Below are positions 1 to 13,431 of a stretch of 64,000 bases of DNA, piece by piece (position 1 is the stretch's first letter; each line of letters opens with the position of its first letter). The translations under genes and the position numbers were made by a program. The DNA lies in the NCBI GenBank assembly GCA_964187785.1, contig OZ076417.1, positions 51,460,001 to 51,524,000 of the forward strand, in the 5' to 3' direction. Source of the DNA: Amphiscolops sp. MND2022 (taxonomy: Eukaryota). Below the pieces are notes generated by a model that worked only from the letters and a program-made list of their open reading frames with translations, was not told the DNA's origin and did no database searches.

Positions 1-1934
1 AAGATCTTGGCAAGACTAGCAAGGAACTTGCCATGGATCTTGGCAACGGTACCATGGCTTCGAACACTTTTGTGCATCCAATCAGGATCACCAACAGCAA
101 CAGAAATGGAATATTCGATCACATTTAAATCAAGTCTATTTGTTGTGGTATAACCCTTCAACATTGTATGATAATTTCCATGTTCAGTATTCTTCAGTGA
201 ACATCTGTCAGCATTTTGTTTTTGTTTATGTTTTTGCTTCAACTGGTTTTTCGTCTTCATTCTTGGAACTGTATGAAGTAATACACGAGAGCGGACACTG
301 TGATTATGGAATAAATGAAAAAGAAAATTCGATCCAGAAACGCAGCAAAGTAGTGCCATAGTTGCTCGGTGTTTTCTTCTGAGTGTAAATCAGCCGCTTT
401 TTTCACCCTTTCCCACCCGGGTTGTTGGTCACTTTCGCTCTCTTTTTTACCGCCAGCGTTCTTCTGAGAACTGCCAGTACCATCACCTGAAATTACAATA
501 AACTTTTTCTTCGGTTGGGTAAATTTGGAAAACTATTTTTCTTTAGGTATTTGCTGGCTTTGACATGCTTCTGTGAGGGTTCTGAAAGGTTTTGCATTGT
601 TCTTACATGTTTCATACAAATTTTGCTCACCTCCGTGTTCAAATGTGGAATGGCTTTCCCATGGGTGATGCCCAAACTATACACCGGGATTCGAAAGCAT
701 ACTTGTTTTTGATAGAAGAGGCGTTTTTGGGAATTCCTGGAAAACTCACCAGTAGTCTTCAGCTCAAACAGTGGAGAAACAGTCGCCGATGATTTTCCCG
801 CGGGGAACAATCTGGAAACGCCAGTAGATAACTTGGAACTGCTTGTGTATTTCCTTTCTTCAGATATAGGCGGCAGCAGAGCTTTTTCCCTAGTACCGGA
901 TTATCAAACAGCTCAAAGCACAAAAAAGTCTTTCAAATAAACTCATGAACACTTATTGAGAAAACTGTCATTTGTCTCAGAATACCAAAAAATACGAAGG
1001 AACACTTGAAACCCTTACTGAAAATATCAAAAAATCCACACTTGTGACAAAAATTTCATTTCTTTTCTACGGAAAATTGCCAAAGTTTCGAAAAAACCCA
1101 AAAATCCAAAGGGACTCTCAAGAAAGCAAATGCTTTCTCCTTGCTGAAAACATCAAAAATATTGATTGCAGATTTTTGGTGAGATGAAAAATTGTCTCAG
1201 AAAAGTCGCGCAGTGCCGAAAAGCTCTCAGGGGGACTATTTAACGTAGTCAGGCACTCACCCTAGTCGAGACCATACTCTGGGAAAAGTGATGGGAGAAA
1301 GATATAGTCTTACAGAACCAGGTCGCACCTCTTGAAGAAACCACCTATATAGTCTGCGTTTTCTGTCCAAATCAACGCAACAGTATCGGAAAAATTTTGA
1401 AACGAGAGTCGCAAAAGTACTGTGGGTTTTCCGTGGATTCTGTTAGTACGCCTCTAGAAAGAATAAGGCAGCCTCCAGCCTCATTTGTTCGTCAAAGAAG
1501 TATCGGGAAAACGTGAAGTGGAAAAATCTTCACAGATTTGAAAACGAGTTCATGCACTTATGCTTGTAGATTTCCAAAATAACAATTTAAAAAGTTTTTC
1601 TTTTGCCTTCAGTTATCGTAAAATGTAATGAAATTTTGGAAAACGTCAAAATTTTAGTAAACTGGCTTTTTTGCTGCGTTACAACAACAAACGAAAATAT
1701 TATTCTGCCTGACACCTTTACCGGCAAAATACAAACCAATACAGATAAATCGTTTTATACAATTTTATGGCAAACGGAATATAAATTCAAATTGAAAAGA
1801 TTCAAAAATTCGACATCGGTGAAAGTCGACCCCCACGTTCTTCCAGAAAAGACCTAAAAATATTCGGATACAAGATCCAATAAAATGTCAGATCAGAAAA
1901 CGTTTTTTATCAAGTTCTGTCGCAGGCTGCTGCC

Positions 1935-2245
1935 TGTGACGGGACAAAGTATACGACAGGCGCCGGCAAATCAGATCCAGCTTCCGTTACACTCCCTATA
2001 TATTGAAACCAAATTTTTATTGATACAAGTTAATATTGTTCTATGAAGTTGCTTGATTAAAATTTTGATTATTAGTCTGCTAACATTATATACTGAATAG
2101 CGCGGATTGTTGGCTGAATTGCTGACGATGAATTGCGACGCTAGCTGTACAAGTTCTAATGATAGGCAAATGTAAAACACTGTGTAGAGTACAGAAACGA
2201 GTAGTATGAGCTCCCGTATGTTCACGGCAACGAAACTTGTCAGCA
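1935..2245 (+). repeat. 5' LTR of Gypsy copy A
   Basis: Starts TGTGACGGGA and ends TGTCAGCA; roughly 80% identical by eye to 13432-13748; both are followed by the same leader. The exact 3' edge is inferred. Confidence 0.7.
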
Positions 2246-5200
2246 TATTATTTTCCAATCAAAACAGCTTGAATTTGTGCAGTACCATTTTTTGGCGCTA
2301 CGGCCGTTTGACCATACTTCAAACGAATGTAGTGAGTGCTAGGCAATCGGACGGTTTCGACCAAATAAGCTAAAACCTTCTCAATCTGCCATTATCCTGT
2401 GCAATATTTTTTAGTCCTCAAAATAACGGTACGATCGCCATTACATTATGAAAAGCAGCTATTGTTGGTGTTTGTAGTATTAATTGTTGATTTAATTTGA
2501 TGATAGCAAATACCAGGTCTCTGCGGACCTACTCCGGCTAGTAGTTAAAGTGTGATATTATGTCGAATGGCATTACTAGGAAACATCAATTCTTACCAAT
2601 TGCATGTAAAGTGGAAAGTATTTTGCTCATGTATCCTTTTAAGAGTCGCGTGTCAGCACGTGCCTAAGTCTGTCGATGCATCTTTTGAATTCTTTTTGGC
2701 CCCTAGTTGATGATTTGAAGAATTGTTAGCTAACAGTAGTATGATGTTTCATTGAGTAATGCCTTTGAAATACTGTGTTATAAGCATTCAAATCCATCCG
2801 ACGCTTTGATGCGTCCCATTGTTGAAGACGAAATGCTGTTCTAGGAATGCAGTTGTCAATGATTATTGGATGTTTTATTCGATAGTATGTTGATTTGTTG
2901 ATGCACAGGAATGTGAATGTCATTCCTCCAGGGCTATTTTTTGAACCATTTTTTGCTCAAACTCATTTCAAGGTATATTTGTTCGATTGGATAATTGAAA
3001 TATTCGCAATACGATATTCTTCGTGCCTACTACAAAAAAAAACAGAAAAGCAAGGCTAGAAAATCGAAGGAAGCAGAAATGGAGATAAAGCTAGGCAGCA
3101 ATCACTTTCAGAGAAAGGACAATGAATTTTTGGAACTTCAGCCAGACGGCCCGAAAGTCCTAGTTACGATTCATTAGTAGATCATAACCTTAATTCTCAT
3201 ACCAATTTTGGTGAGAATGAGATTAGGCGATTTGCCGGAAATGACCATAAATCGGGAGAAATTGATTCTTGTAGTGAGATAAACAGGCTGTTAGGAGAAC
3301 TTAACCAAATGATCACTCAAGAGATGAAGGGACTGATGAAAAGTGTAAGTTCTGGATATGAGGCAAAGCATTTTGAGCTTCCCATTCTTCTCGATGCAGT
3401 TCAAAACGGCTGATCATCGGTATTCCAATGTCCCTGGACCAATCACCAATCCGACCGAAAATACCATTCCACCGAACGAAGGAGACCTAATTAGGACAAA
3501 ATCCTAAATGTTTTCCGAAAATTCTGTCACTGCGTACTTCAACCGAGTGACCTATTGCACGAAAAAGGCGACATTACCTTCTGTCCGGCGTTAGTCACCC
3601 TGAATGGTGACAACATTCAGATACCACTAAGTAAATTTACAGATCACCGTTACTAACTCAAGAAGGGACTACACATTGCAACTTTTTCGCCATGACACTG
3701 GACACATGAAGAACGTAAAACCTGTTGACCCAGCGTTAACTTGGCACCTACTTCAAAATGACCAGGAGCAAGCAGCCCATTACGTCAGTAGTCTCATTAA
3801 AACGAAAACAAATCCGCAAAAATCTGAAAATTACTGGATCCCTAACGCAGAGAACCCAGAAAACCCAGACGAACATACGTCTATTCAACGACGAATCCCA
3901 TGGGAAGTCCAAGCCTTACAAGACCTGGATACTTTAGATCCCACAAAGGATGTAGAACCCAGGTCGAAATTTCTAGAAAACTTTGATGGGAAAGATTCCA
4001 CTCTTGCGCTTGATTAAATAGCGAGAACCGAATTGCTTTTAGTAGAATTCCATGACATCTTTGCGAGCTACCGATTTAATATCGAAATGAACGAAGAATT
4101 CAATGTGAAACTGACACCTAAGGACGAGTCCCCAGCTTACAGTCCGAATCTTCTAGCACCATTCAGTCTTAAGGAAGACATACGCGTCAAACTGGCCATG
4201 CTACACAGATACGACATAATTACCACACTTTCATTCTCGAATTCTGCTTGCCTAATATTTGCGGAGAAAATCCAAATGGGAATATCCAATTATTAGTACA
4301 ACTTGAGAAAAACCAACAAACTAAGTTCGGACTATTATATGAATAATATTCATCCTGTTAGCACTCTCACCGATGCTACCCAACACACTGCAGGAAAGAG
4401 GTTTTTCTGCAAATTGGACTGTTCACAGGCATCTCACTGCTTACAAATGGCAGACCAACGCTCAATAGAGATGTTGGCATTCAACTTTGCTCGTCGCACT
4501 TTTGCATATAAACGTTTGGCAGAAGGCTTTAGCCGGGCACTTTCCGCATATTCAGAGCTTCACGAGGGAATACCTCGACAAAGTTATCGTTATCAAAGCG
4601 GATCAATGTGCTCAATATGTGGTTCACATCGGCATTGCCGCCAATGACGCCGACCACCTCATGGTCATACAGACGGCAACCTTCAGGTGTATTCAGGAAG
4701 CTCATAATGCACACGGCAGTATTGTGCATACTCATAATGCACAAATGTCATATTGGAGCAACAGAAATTCATTTCCTTGGAAGAACCATCACCCCTCAAG
4801 GCGTTACACCCCAGTAACAAAACGTTCAAAACTTTCTTGAAAAGACCAAATTTCCAAAGTCCAAAAAAGGCTTTACAACAACGATATTTGGGACCCCTAG
4901 CTCCATTCTATCAGATGCTTAAAAGTGACGAAAAGGTCATAAAGTCAAAAGAACAATTCGAGGAAACTATTGAAGCACTTGACAAATAGTGCGACGTAGC
5001 CCTACAGCAGTTCGTCGCTAGCAAACGAATCTTTTGGGGCGCCTAAACCGGTCGTTTTTTCCCTGGCAACAAAGCCGTGACGCAATTTTCTCAGACAAAG
5101 ATCGTACCCCTGCCCTATGGAATGCTTGTGACTATGTCATACAGTTCAATTTTGTCATAGTTCTCATTCCAGGAGCACAAAACACAGCGGAACATATATT

Positions 5201-7740
5201 ACTAATCCCATCCAGAAGCAGATTCGAAAGACAAACTAGTCTGGAAAATCCGCGGAGATGTACAAACCTTACCAATTAAAACCATTGTTCAATTATTTGG
5301 GGTAACGCCAGAAGAACAGTTTTTTTTAACCACCGATGGAGAAGAAACCAAAGGAAAAACAATGGGCAACAAGACGAGAACCCGCCACCGCAAAACCTAC
5401 AATAACAATTCAAACTGTTTCTTTTAACTTAGTCAGACAACAACTCGAAATACAGGTCCGCCTCCTTAAGACTAACCAGATCATTATTGAGCGATCTAAA
5501 TACGCAGTTTTGCAACAATTGGAGGCCAAACGCTTTCATGAGGAGTACGCAAAAAGCAAACTGCAACAAGATGCCCAATACCGACACATTGCTGACAACT
5601 TAGAGCGAACTGTGGTCAACGAAGTTATCCTGACTCGGCAATATTTGGATGAAACGGGGACTGTGAAACCCCATCAAGCACTTCTCTCAAGATACTTACT
5701 CCAGGAATTGCTTCAGTCCCTTCATGGAACAGCCCAGAGGCATCCTGGTATATCAAATATGCTGCCGGAGATCAGACGAAAGTATTACTACCATAAGAAA
5801 GCGAAGCACGTCAAAAAATGGGTAGAAGGGTGTCAATAATGTGCAAAGGACAAAAGAGTCCCGAATACAACGATTACGACTGACTTACTTCGTTTGTCGG
5901 AATGGGACCCCTGACCAGAAGACGCTAAGCAGATTGACCTTTTGCCGAATCTTTCATCAAGTGGAGGATATGAAAACGTGCTTACTGCAATCGATGTCTT
6001 TTCGCGTTATCTATTCGCCTATCCTCTTACAGACGCGTCAGCGTTTAACGTGGCCAAAGTCACCATCGATATTAAGACTAAGCTCGCATACTCACCGAAA
6101 ACACTGATTACCGACAAAGGAACTGCGTTCACTTCCGCGAATATTGCAGAAATTACAACTTTTGGGGATTTTACTAAAATTTGCAACAACAGAACATCCG
6201 CAAACGATCGGGAAACTAGAGCAAAAACATGCGACTCTCAAAACAAATCTTAAAATGCCATGTGGAAAACATTGCCGACAGTGGCAAAAATACTTGCCTC
6301 TGGCAGGTCTGAATCACAACACGAGCTGTGATGCGAGTATTGGTTGCGATTCAACACTAGTATTCTTCAATGGTCGCATTCCTCACAATGTTTTGGATCA
6401 AAAGCTTGGAAACAATGCAAACGAGCAGATTACCTCTACCACTGAATTTGCTAAAAAAATACAAAATCTAACTAGACTGCTCATTGACAAAACAAAGCAA
6501 AATGTCATGCGCTCCTGTCTTGAACATTAGGAGTTTTATGTTTGCAAAGCAAAAGCAGCTCCACTCACGGAGAAAGACTATTGTTTCGTATTGCAACCTA
6601 GAGCGGATCATCAAGGTTCGAAAATATCCTTTCCGGAATATTGTTGGGGGCCCATCTAAGTACCAAACACTTTTACTTAACTAAAACTATATAGTACGCC
6701 TACTCAACACGAACAAAACGCAAATTTTACATCGCATTCGAGTCAAAAAAAGTTGTTCCCAATCAATCGCTTGTAGATAGTTATCGCGAAGAGAAACTAG
6801 AGTCAGATGAGGTAATCATCATTCCGCCAGATGACTTAAACAAGTTAACTTGGGAAGCAGATTTTGGTGACTTATTAGAAACACGAGACAACGTGCCTAA
6901 TCCGATTTACTTGCCGAGCGGCTAACAGCTGTTTACGTCAAATAACGAACCAAGTGACGCAGACGAAGCGGGAGTGAATTACATAACAACACGAAGCGGT
7001 CTAGAAGACGTCAACGAGACAACGCAGCAAGGAAGCGAACAGCTAGACGAAGACGTCATTAAAAGAAAGAAAGCTAATGAAGCTGCTAGAAATGAAAACT
7101 CTGATTGGCTGGATTCGGCCGTTTACCCCAAAACCCAAAATAATTCTTTGCCGAAGTCATCCGAAAGCCAAGAAAAAGATGCAAATTGTACTGAAGGAGA
7201 TTCATCTAATGCAAATTATGCACATAGTCACTTCAAATGTGGGGAATGATACTATCGTGCCCGAAAGACCCCAAATTGATGATAGGATTGACAATACGAG
7301 CCCTAGAGGAGGAAAATATAATCTCAGACCCAACGCCAACTCAAACTACTCAGAAGAATTGAGATACTAAAGAATTGAATTGCTCTCGCAAACGAGCCTT
7401 CTTTCTTTCATCTTCTTTTTGTTACTTTTTCTAGTCCACTGCTATAGCTTTTCTGGAAAATTACGGGGGGCGGGAGATTTTACGACAATCCCTCTTGGGA
7501 ATAAAAACAATGATTGGAGACAGTAAGGCAACAAAAAACAAATAAATACAATTAAAAGAGAATAAACAAAACGCCCGCTAAGCACTGGGATATTTTCCGC
7601 CCTGTTCGCCTTCACCAACGGAGCCATGGCTATTTTGGGAGGGGGAATAAGATCTAAAGAATCAGATCTAAATTTTAATGATTTTAGTTCTTATTCCCTT
7701 TAGATCTTTTTCCCTTTTTGACATTAAATATTATTCCCGC
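1935..7740 (+). mobile_element. Degenerate Ty3/Gypsy LTR retrotransposon (5' LTR, leader, gag relic, RT, RNase H, integrase; protease region appears deleted; no 3' LTR)
   Basis: RT fragments LLVEFHDIF...FCKLDCSQA...QYVVH (decayed YVDD), integrase HHCC (LHGTAQRHPG...CQ*C) and core (TAIDVFSRY...TDKGTAF) in RT-RH-IN order, with many stops and frameshifts; 5' LTR homologous to 13432-13748. Confidence 0.9.
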
Positions 7741-7911
7741 TGTATGCTATTTTAGTTACTTGACTATTTTAGTTACTAGTAGCTATATAAAAGTGTCAAG
7801 TTATCAAATGGTGGAGATTGTAGAGATTTGAAAAAATTTGGTTTATAAATTGTGGGGTCAGTAAACAACAAGTTGACAGTTTGAAAGTGTTTACTATAAC
7901 ATATGTACAAA

Positions 7912-10900
7912 CTAAGACTTAGAAAGCCCCAAGGTCGAGAAGGCTGACGACTGAGGACGCTGCTGACCCAGATTTTTTCCTTTTGGAGTTGCTGGGGACC
8001 GACACTGAAGGATTAACAACTATACTAGGAGACTTTGCTGTCCCCACTTGAACACTCGAACGGCACTCATTTAACGGTCTTGTATGAGGACAACAGGGAC
8101 TTGTAAATTCGTGAGGCCACGAGAATCAACGGAAGTCCATAGGTCATAGTCGGCAGCAAATGCAGAGCGGTCTAAATCAGAGGGAAGTTGGCATACTGGC
8201 TTCATTGCTGCAGTGAGAGACCGAATCAGGCACTCCAGCCATATAACTCTGGCTTGGCAGAATAACGTCGGTCAAACTTCCGTCGTGGTCGGTAGTGTTA
8301 ACGCTCCCCACAATGAGTGCAGGATACTGCGGGCTAGGAGCGCTACTGCAAGGGCAGTTTGAATACATACAGACGATGAATGCGTGATTGAAGGAATTCA
8401 AGACCCATCAGGAACTCAATCAGATTTGGTGAGACTTCTTTTGAATCGAAATTGGGAGGATACGTGGTGCGGAAATGATAAATCAGTTCCAGGTACTCAT
8501 CACCATAGGCGGACTCATCGGCGCTTGAAGAGGATGAAAGGATCAAAGGCGGCTACAGCATTGATGATATCTGAGCTGATCCCAGGCTGGCGGAGAATCT
8601 TATCGAGCAGGTAACTGAGGAAATGGACCCCGTCAGTGACGAAGTCTGAAGTCACAGTGTTTGGAGGTTTCTTGTTTGTAGCTTAGTCAACTCCAGCACC
8701 GGCATGAATCCCCTCTGACATGTGTTCGCTGGCAGATTTGACTTTGTTTGACAGCTTGTGGCGAATTAGGAATTCGTCCTCGTCCAAGTAAGTCCCTTCA
8801 GAGGTCTTGAACCCAAAGAGCAAAAACCAGGCGTTTTTAAGTAGAACTGTATCACTCGTGAAACATCGGAATTACAGTTTATGAATGAATCTGCTGACCT
8901 CGCCACAGAGGTAGAACGAGGCATCACAGCTTTGTTGCAGACTGATTGAGAAGCTAGCAACATCTACAATTATGAACGAGATTGACCAAAAACGGACATA
9001 CAATAGGAAGTCGTAGACGTTCTAGAATAATACTAAGAATCACTGACGATCAGTCGGAAGCATTTTAGTTTGACAACAAAGAACCCATCGCATGTCAGCG
9101 ACCACTCGAATCTCTGCACCTGAACAGAAGATGATCTTGATAGTGAGTTAGCAGTGACTCTTTTCTGGTCAAGTAGGGACAAATCCTAAATCCGACACGT
9201 ACAACGGGTCTGGGCGCGTGGACTGTTAAGAAGCGCAACACAAACTTCCACTCAGCAACGAGCTTTCGACAGAGTGTACGAAGGGTTAAAACATCAAGCT
9301 TGCGAGTGGAAATGACCTAAATGGGAACAATTAAGAGTAATTGGTCTCATTTCTCCCCCATCCCGCCTCTTTCCTAGTCTTTCATTACTTTTCACTAATC
9401 ACATGACGGAAAAGCGTACTTACTTTGGAGAGTTCGGGGCTTCACCGAGGGAAACCGCCGAAGGAAACCATCAGAGCTTGGAGGACTGAGAAGAAGTCAA
9501 TCCTACCGAACAAACTGTAATTTGCTTTGTGCATCAGGGTTGGGAGCCTCAACTGGTCGAATCTGAAGCAGCTTTGGAAGCCTCGGATGGAAAATGTGGA
9601 TTCATTGATGGTCTGCACCAGAGCAACGGGACAACCAGAGCAGGTAACGTTGTCGGCATTAGTCGAAGTGACCGAAAGAAGCCTCGGGAAGGAGCCAATT
9701 CACCTGCTAAATATGAGGAGGGTAGCGCACTTTGGAAACCGAAAGTGCGGCAGAGACTGAACCTGAATGGCCTGACGTCCTCAAACTCGATGGCGAAGCG
9801 CTGCTTTGTTGCTAACTGTTCATCCTCCATGTCTCTGGCAAAGATATGTTGAAAACTAGCCTAAACATAATTAAACACATTAAATCAGCTCAAGTTCACG
9901 TCTGAACGCTCAAAAAAAGATACTTACTGTCAGTCTTTCTTCCCTCCAGTCAAAGTCACTGACAGTGGCGTGGTAATTCGTGAATGAGCTAATGCGGGCC
10001 CATAGATTGCGCAGTAGTGAGACATCGCCTTGGTTCTTGATGAAATCCCCGAAGATAAACCGTTGGATGGTGGCCCAGGATTCTGGGGTGACGATTGCGG
10101 TAGTGTGTCTTTGCATGAATTCCTGATAGAATGGATTTCTTTTTCCAATTACTACGAGATCCATGTGGATTAATTTGATGAATTCCTCCACAAGTTTTAT
10201 TTTGTTGGGAGAGGACCTTCCCCTCTTATCCTTAGACCCGGTGTTGGACTTTGCCGGTAACAGGATCGACAGACTTGAGGTACTCATATCGCCACCTCAG
10301 ATCTCGCCTCATATGTTTCTCAGTTCGGTGGTGCCCTAATATCTCGACTGTGCCCTTGATCTTTTTGGAACAATTCCGCTCGCAGATATGACACCAGACC
10401 ATGCGAGGATTGTGGTTCGGATCCGCTGACCCAGAACTGAAGGATCTCGTCCCACCAATTTCCTTGAAAAAATCCTCCCGAATGAGAACTCCTCGCTGTG
10501 GCATTTTTTTTACCTTTCGGGTCTTTTGGATCTGGGTTCTCCATATGCCCTCTCTACCAAAGTTTGTCTCCGGATGTCGGAGATCGTGGCATCTTGACTG
10601 GTGAATCCGGTAGATTCGAGCCCCTCAGAAACTGTATGTGGAGTGTGTGACACACTCACCGGCGCTGCGGTTTCCAATGCTGACGATCTTTTGAAGGACT
10701 CTGAGACCAATGCCATTCCAGTGGCTCCATCACTCTCGTCACAACTGGGCAGATTTCTAGTTTTTTCCTCAAGGTCTGTTGCTGGAAGACTTCGCTATCC
10801 GTGTTCGAGTCGGCACTAGAATCACCACTTTGGTGTCTGGGCTCGAGTTTTTATTTCGAAGTGGTCTTTTCTAGACTGCGCGATGGTTGGAGTTCCCTTT

Positions 10901-11550
10901 ATGGCATCCAAAATCATGCGCTCTATTGTAGAGTAGGTCAGGCGCATGGACTCATTGGTCAGGATTCTCAAGAGATGGTACACTTGAGACTATGTGAAGG
11001 CCACGGTTGGGTGTCCCACGGGTAACAAGAAGTGCTGCGTATTTTCAAAATTTTCCTTCAGGAGGGCTCTGCTACGCCCAGAAAGTTCCTGCAACCTGGT
11101 TCTTTGATGTTGTGAACCCAAGGTTGATGGCCCAATTCGGTCCGCTGGACAAAGGTCAAAACCTGACTCAACTCCTCCTTCCGTTTCAAACTCAGATCCC
11201 CGAAGAATCTCAGAGGAATCTCAGTAAAGAGGCGGGGATCCAGTCAAGCTCTCATCATCACCACTGTTCTCACCTTCACTCGGGTCAGCGAGAAACCTGA
11301 CCTTGTTTCCTCCTCGAGGCAAAAGGGGGCGGGGTCGCAAACGGAAGAAGCGGTTTCATCTTCTAGTTGTAGGAATGAGACTCCTGCTTTTTCCACAGAA
11401 ACGTCGGAAGAGGGAAGCAGTTCTTTAAATTGAGTCCTGGACGACCCAACAAATCGTAATCCATATTCCAACGCGGAGAGGCTTGTGTGAGTCCCTGTGG
11501 TGTGAGCGACCGTCACAGGAGTACTTGAGAGTACTAATGAGGCATCATGA
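7912..11550 (-). pseudogene. Decayed multi-exon gene with a BED/hAT-type C2H2 finger (transposase-like relic)
   Basis: WCHICERN...HHRTEKH finger (10232-10504); GTAAGT...TTAG introns at 9861-9927 (phase-0 join EERLT|ASFQHIF) and 9317-9423; stops and frameshifts throughout; ends approximate. Confidence 0.55.
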
Positions 11551-11555
11551 GTAGA

Positions 11556-11981
11556 TTATGGTCCAAGGGGCTGAACTGGAGTCTCCTTTTGTATAGTGTC
11601 GTAGATTTCACCTGATGTTTCCGAAATGGTAGATTGGACTTTCTCCATAATGTTGACCATTCCATCAGCAAAGATGTTTACATCAACTTCACGGTAGGTT
11701 TTTCTGATGATCTCTGGGATTGACTCGTTTGAGCAACGACAGCGGGCTGGGACGCACTTGTGGTGGCAGATGTTATTTGAAGGTTGCCTGGTGTTTGACG
11801 AGATTCTCGGTTGTTTGGTTTGCTTAACAAAAAGAATTGAACTTTGGCGGTATGCTTTCTTGAAAGAAATCCATTTCACCGCATTTGCAACCTTCCGGAA
11901 GTGATTATCAAGTCTGTAGGACCGTGTGATCACGTCTTTTGAAATGAAGACAGAAAGCAAAAATGAACAAAAGTTAAACAC
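11556..11981 (-). pseudogene. Co-oriented ORF of the same relic, unknown product
   Basis: 141-aa open frame directly upstream of the finger gene; possible upstream exon ending at an AAG|GTAGGT donor near 12020. Confidence 0.35.
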
Positions 11982-12599
11982 TGATCAGGTTGAACGAGTT
12001 CAAATAAATATCAAGACCTACCTTTGATTGGCGATTTGTCTGCCATCTATACTGTGTTCGGCTTCAGAAAAGCTCGCCTAACTGGGAGTGATGGGAAGTA
12101 CGCTGTTAGCCGTATCTGCCAAATCAGTGAAGGAAAACAATCCAAATGGATGAAAAGAAGATGACTGGGATAGAGAATATCATATCAAGATCAAAATCAA
12201 AATGTAACACGTATGAAGCAAGTGGTATGGAATTGAATTAACAAAAGTTGGAGTTAGCGGTTGAAGGAATTTACCAGACTAATATTTTGTGGTGAGTATT
12301 TACATATTTAAAATGTACATGCAAAATGTACAAGGTCATCTTCCTTATTCACAACTTAGTTTGTTGAAGCCTAGTAAGGCCGGTTTACTATATTTTGTGT
12401 TACCGTTTCTTCCCAGTTCCTTTTATTCCACGTTTGTTATCGCCATTTTGTATTATTCAATCTTATTTCATTTTTCGGCCGTTTTAATTCTCATTTATCA
12501 ATTTATCATGGGATGAATTTGATTGGCTGAAGCCATTTTTAGAAAGTTATGCGACGCGCGCCGTTAATTACCCACTTGAGTCGAGTTTATTTGACGACA

Positions 12600-13431
12600 A
12601 CAACTTGAAGTTTCTTTCACACCTTTCTTGAAGTAGATGATTATGCGAGGGAAACAATCAGACTTCGAGGCGTGGTGACAATTTTAATCATCGCCATTCT
12701 CAGTTGCTCTTAGCAGTTCTATCAAAAAAACTCATAATGCAAAGATTCAATCTATCCAAAAGGCTGTTCGAAGGTGATGAAATGAGGTCAACGGCGTCAG
12801 TAGGAGAGGAGGAGTAGGAGGAGGAGGAGGAGGAGGAGGAGGAACAATCAGATGGCTGAGTGTCCGACTGGTCCACAGACACAGAAGAACTGAGACGAAT
12901 TGAGCGAGAAGTTATCTAGAGCCTGGTGCTAATTGGCGGAAGGGTCATGACTGTGGACAACACAGAGGAAGAGATGGTAGCAGGGCCTAGTACAGCCAGT
13001 CGTGTGCGGTCGTTACACCGAAGCTCAGCAAAGTATATTTCGGCGAAAAGCTGTGTTACGCCCCGGTCAAAGAAGATGCCCGGGAAAAGATACAGTTCCC
13101 CCACCGCACGAAAGAGGGCAGTGGAAAGACACTCCAATCAGACAGCAGTCAGATTCGAGTTGCAGAGACGCCTATCTCATCCAAAATACGAAGCCGTACC
13201 AAAAACGTGAATGAATTTTGTTATACAAGGATGTCTGGTTTGCGGCCAATCAAGCGGCCGATCAAGCGGCCGTTCTTAGATGCAATTAAGAGAGAAATGA
13301 GGATTTATACATGCAGATGTTTACCCAGAAAGAAGTGTTGAAGAGGTGACAAGACTCAGGATGGAAGCATATGAAAATGGACTGAAAGCCGGGACTTTCT
13401 TATTCTTAGCACCGGCAGTGTCGCTGACGCC
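12600..13431 (-). pseudogene. Third co-oriented decayed ORF (Ser-rich), interrupted by an LTR
   Basis: Frames GVSDTAGAKNKKVPAFSPF... and GELYLFPGIFFDRGV...SSSSSS...LDRLNL; the coding frame abuts the LTR start at 13432; a (GGA)n tract near 12810-12843 encodes the poly-Ser. Confidence 0.4.

Noticed and set aside
1-900. Minus-strand decayed frame running off the left edge, and CATG/CCAAG-rich repeats at 1-60
   Set aside because: Multiple stops and no recognisable motif; I cannot assign it.
1261-1439. Candidate minus-strand exon (TACTAACAG...GG|GTGAGT) as the missing receptor M4 exon
   Set aside because: No frame gives an M4-like peptide; the splice signals may be chance.
12100-12230. Hydrophobic minus-strand peptide LDMIFSIPVIFFSSIWIVFLH as M4
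   Set aside because: It lies inside the relic element and has no suitable acceptor or DR motif.
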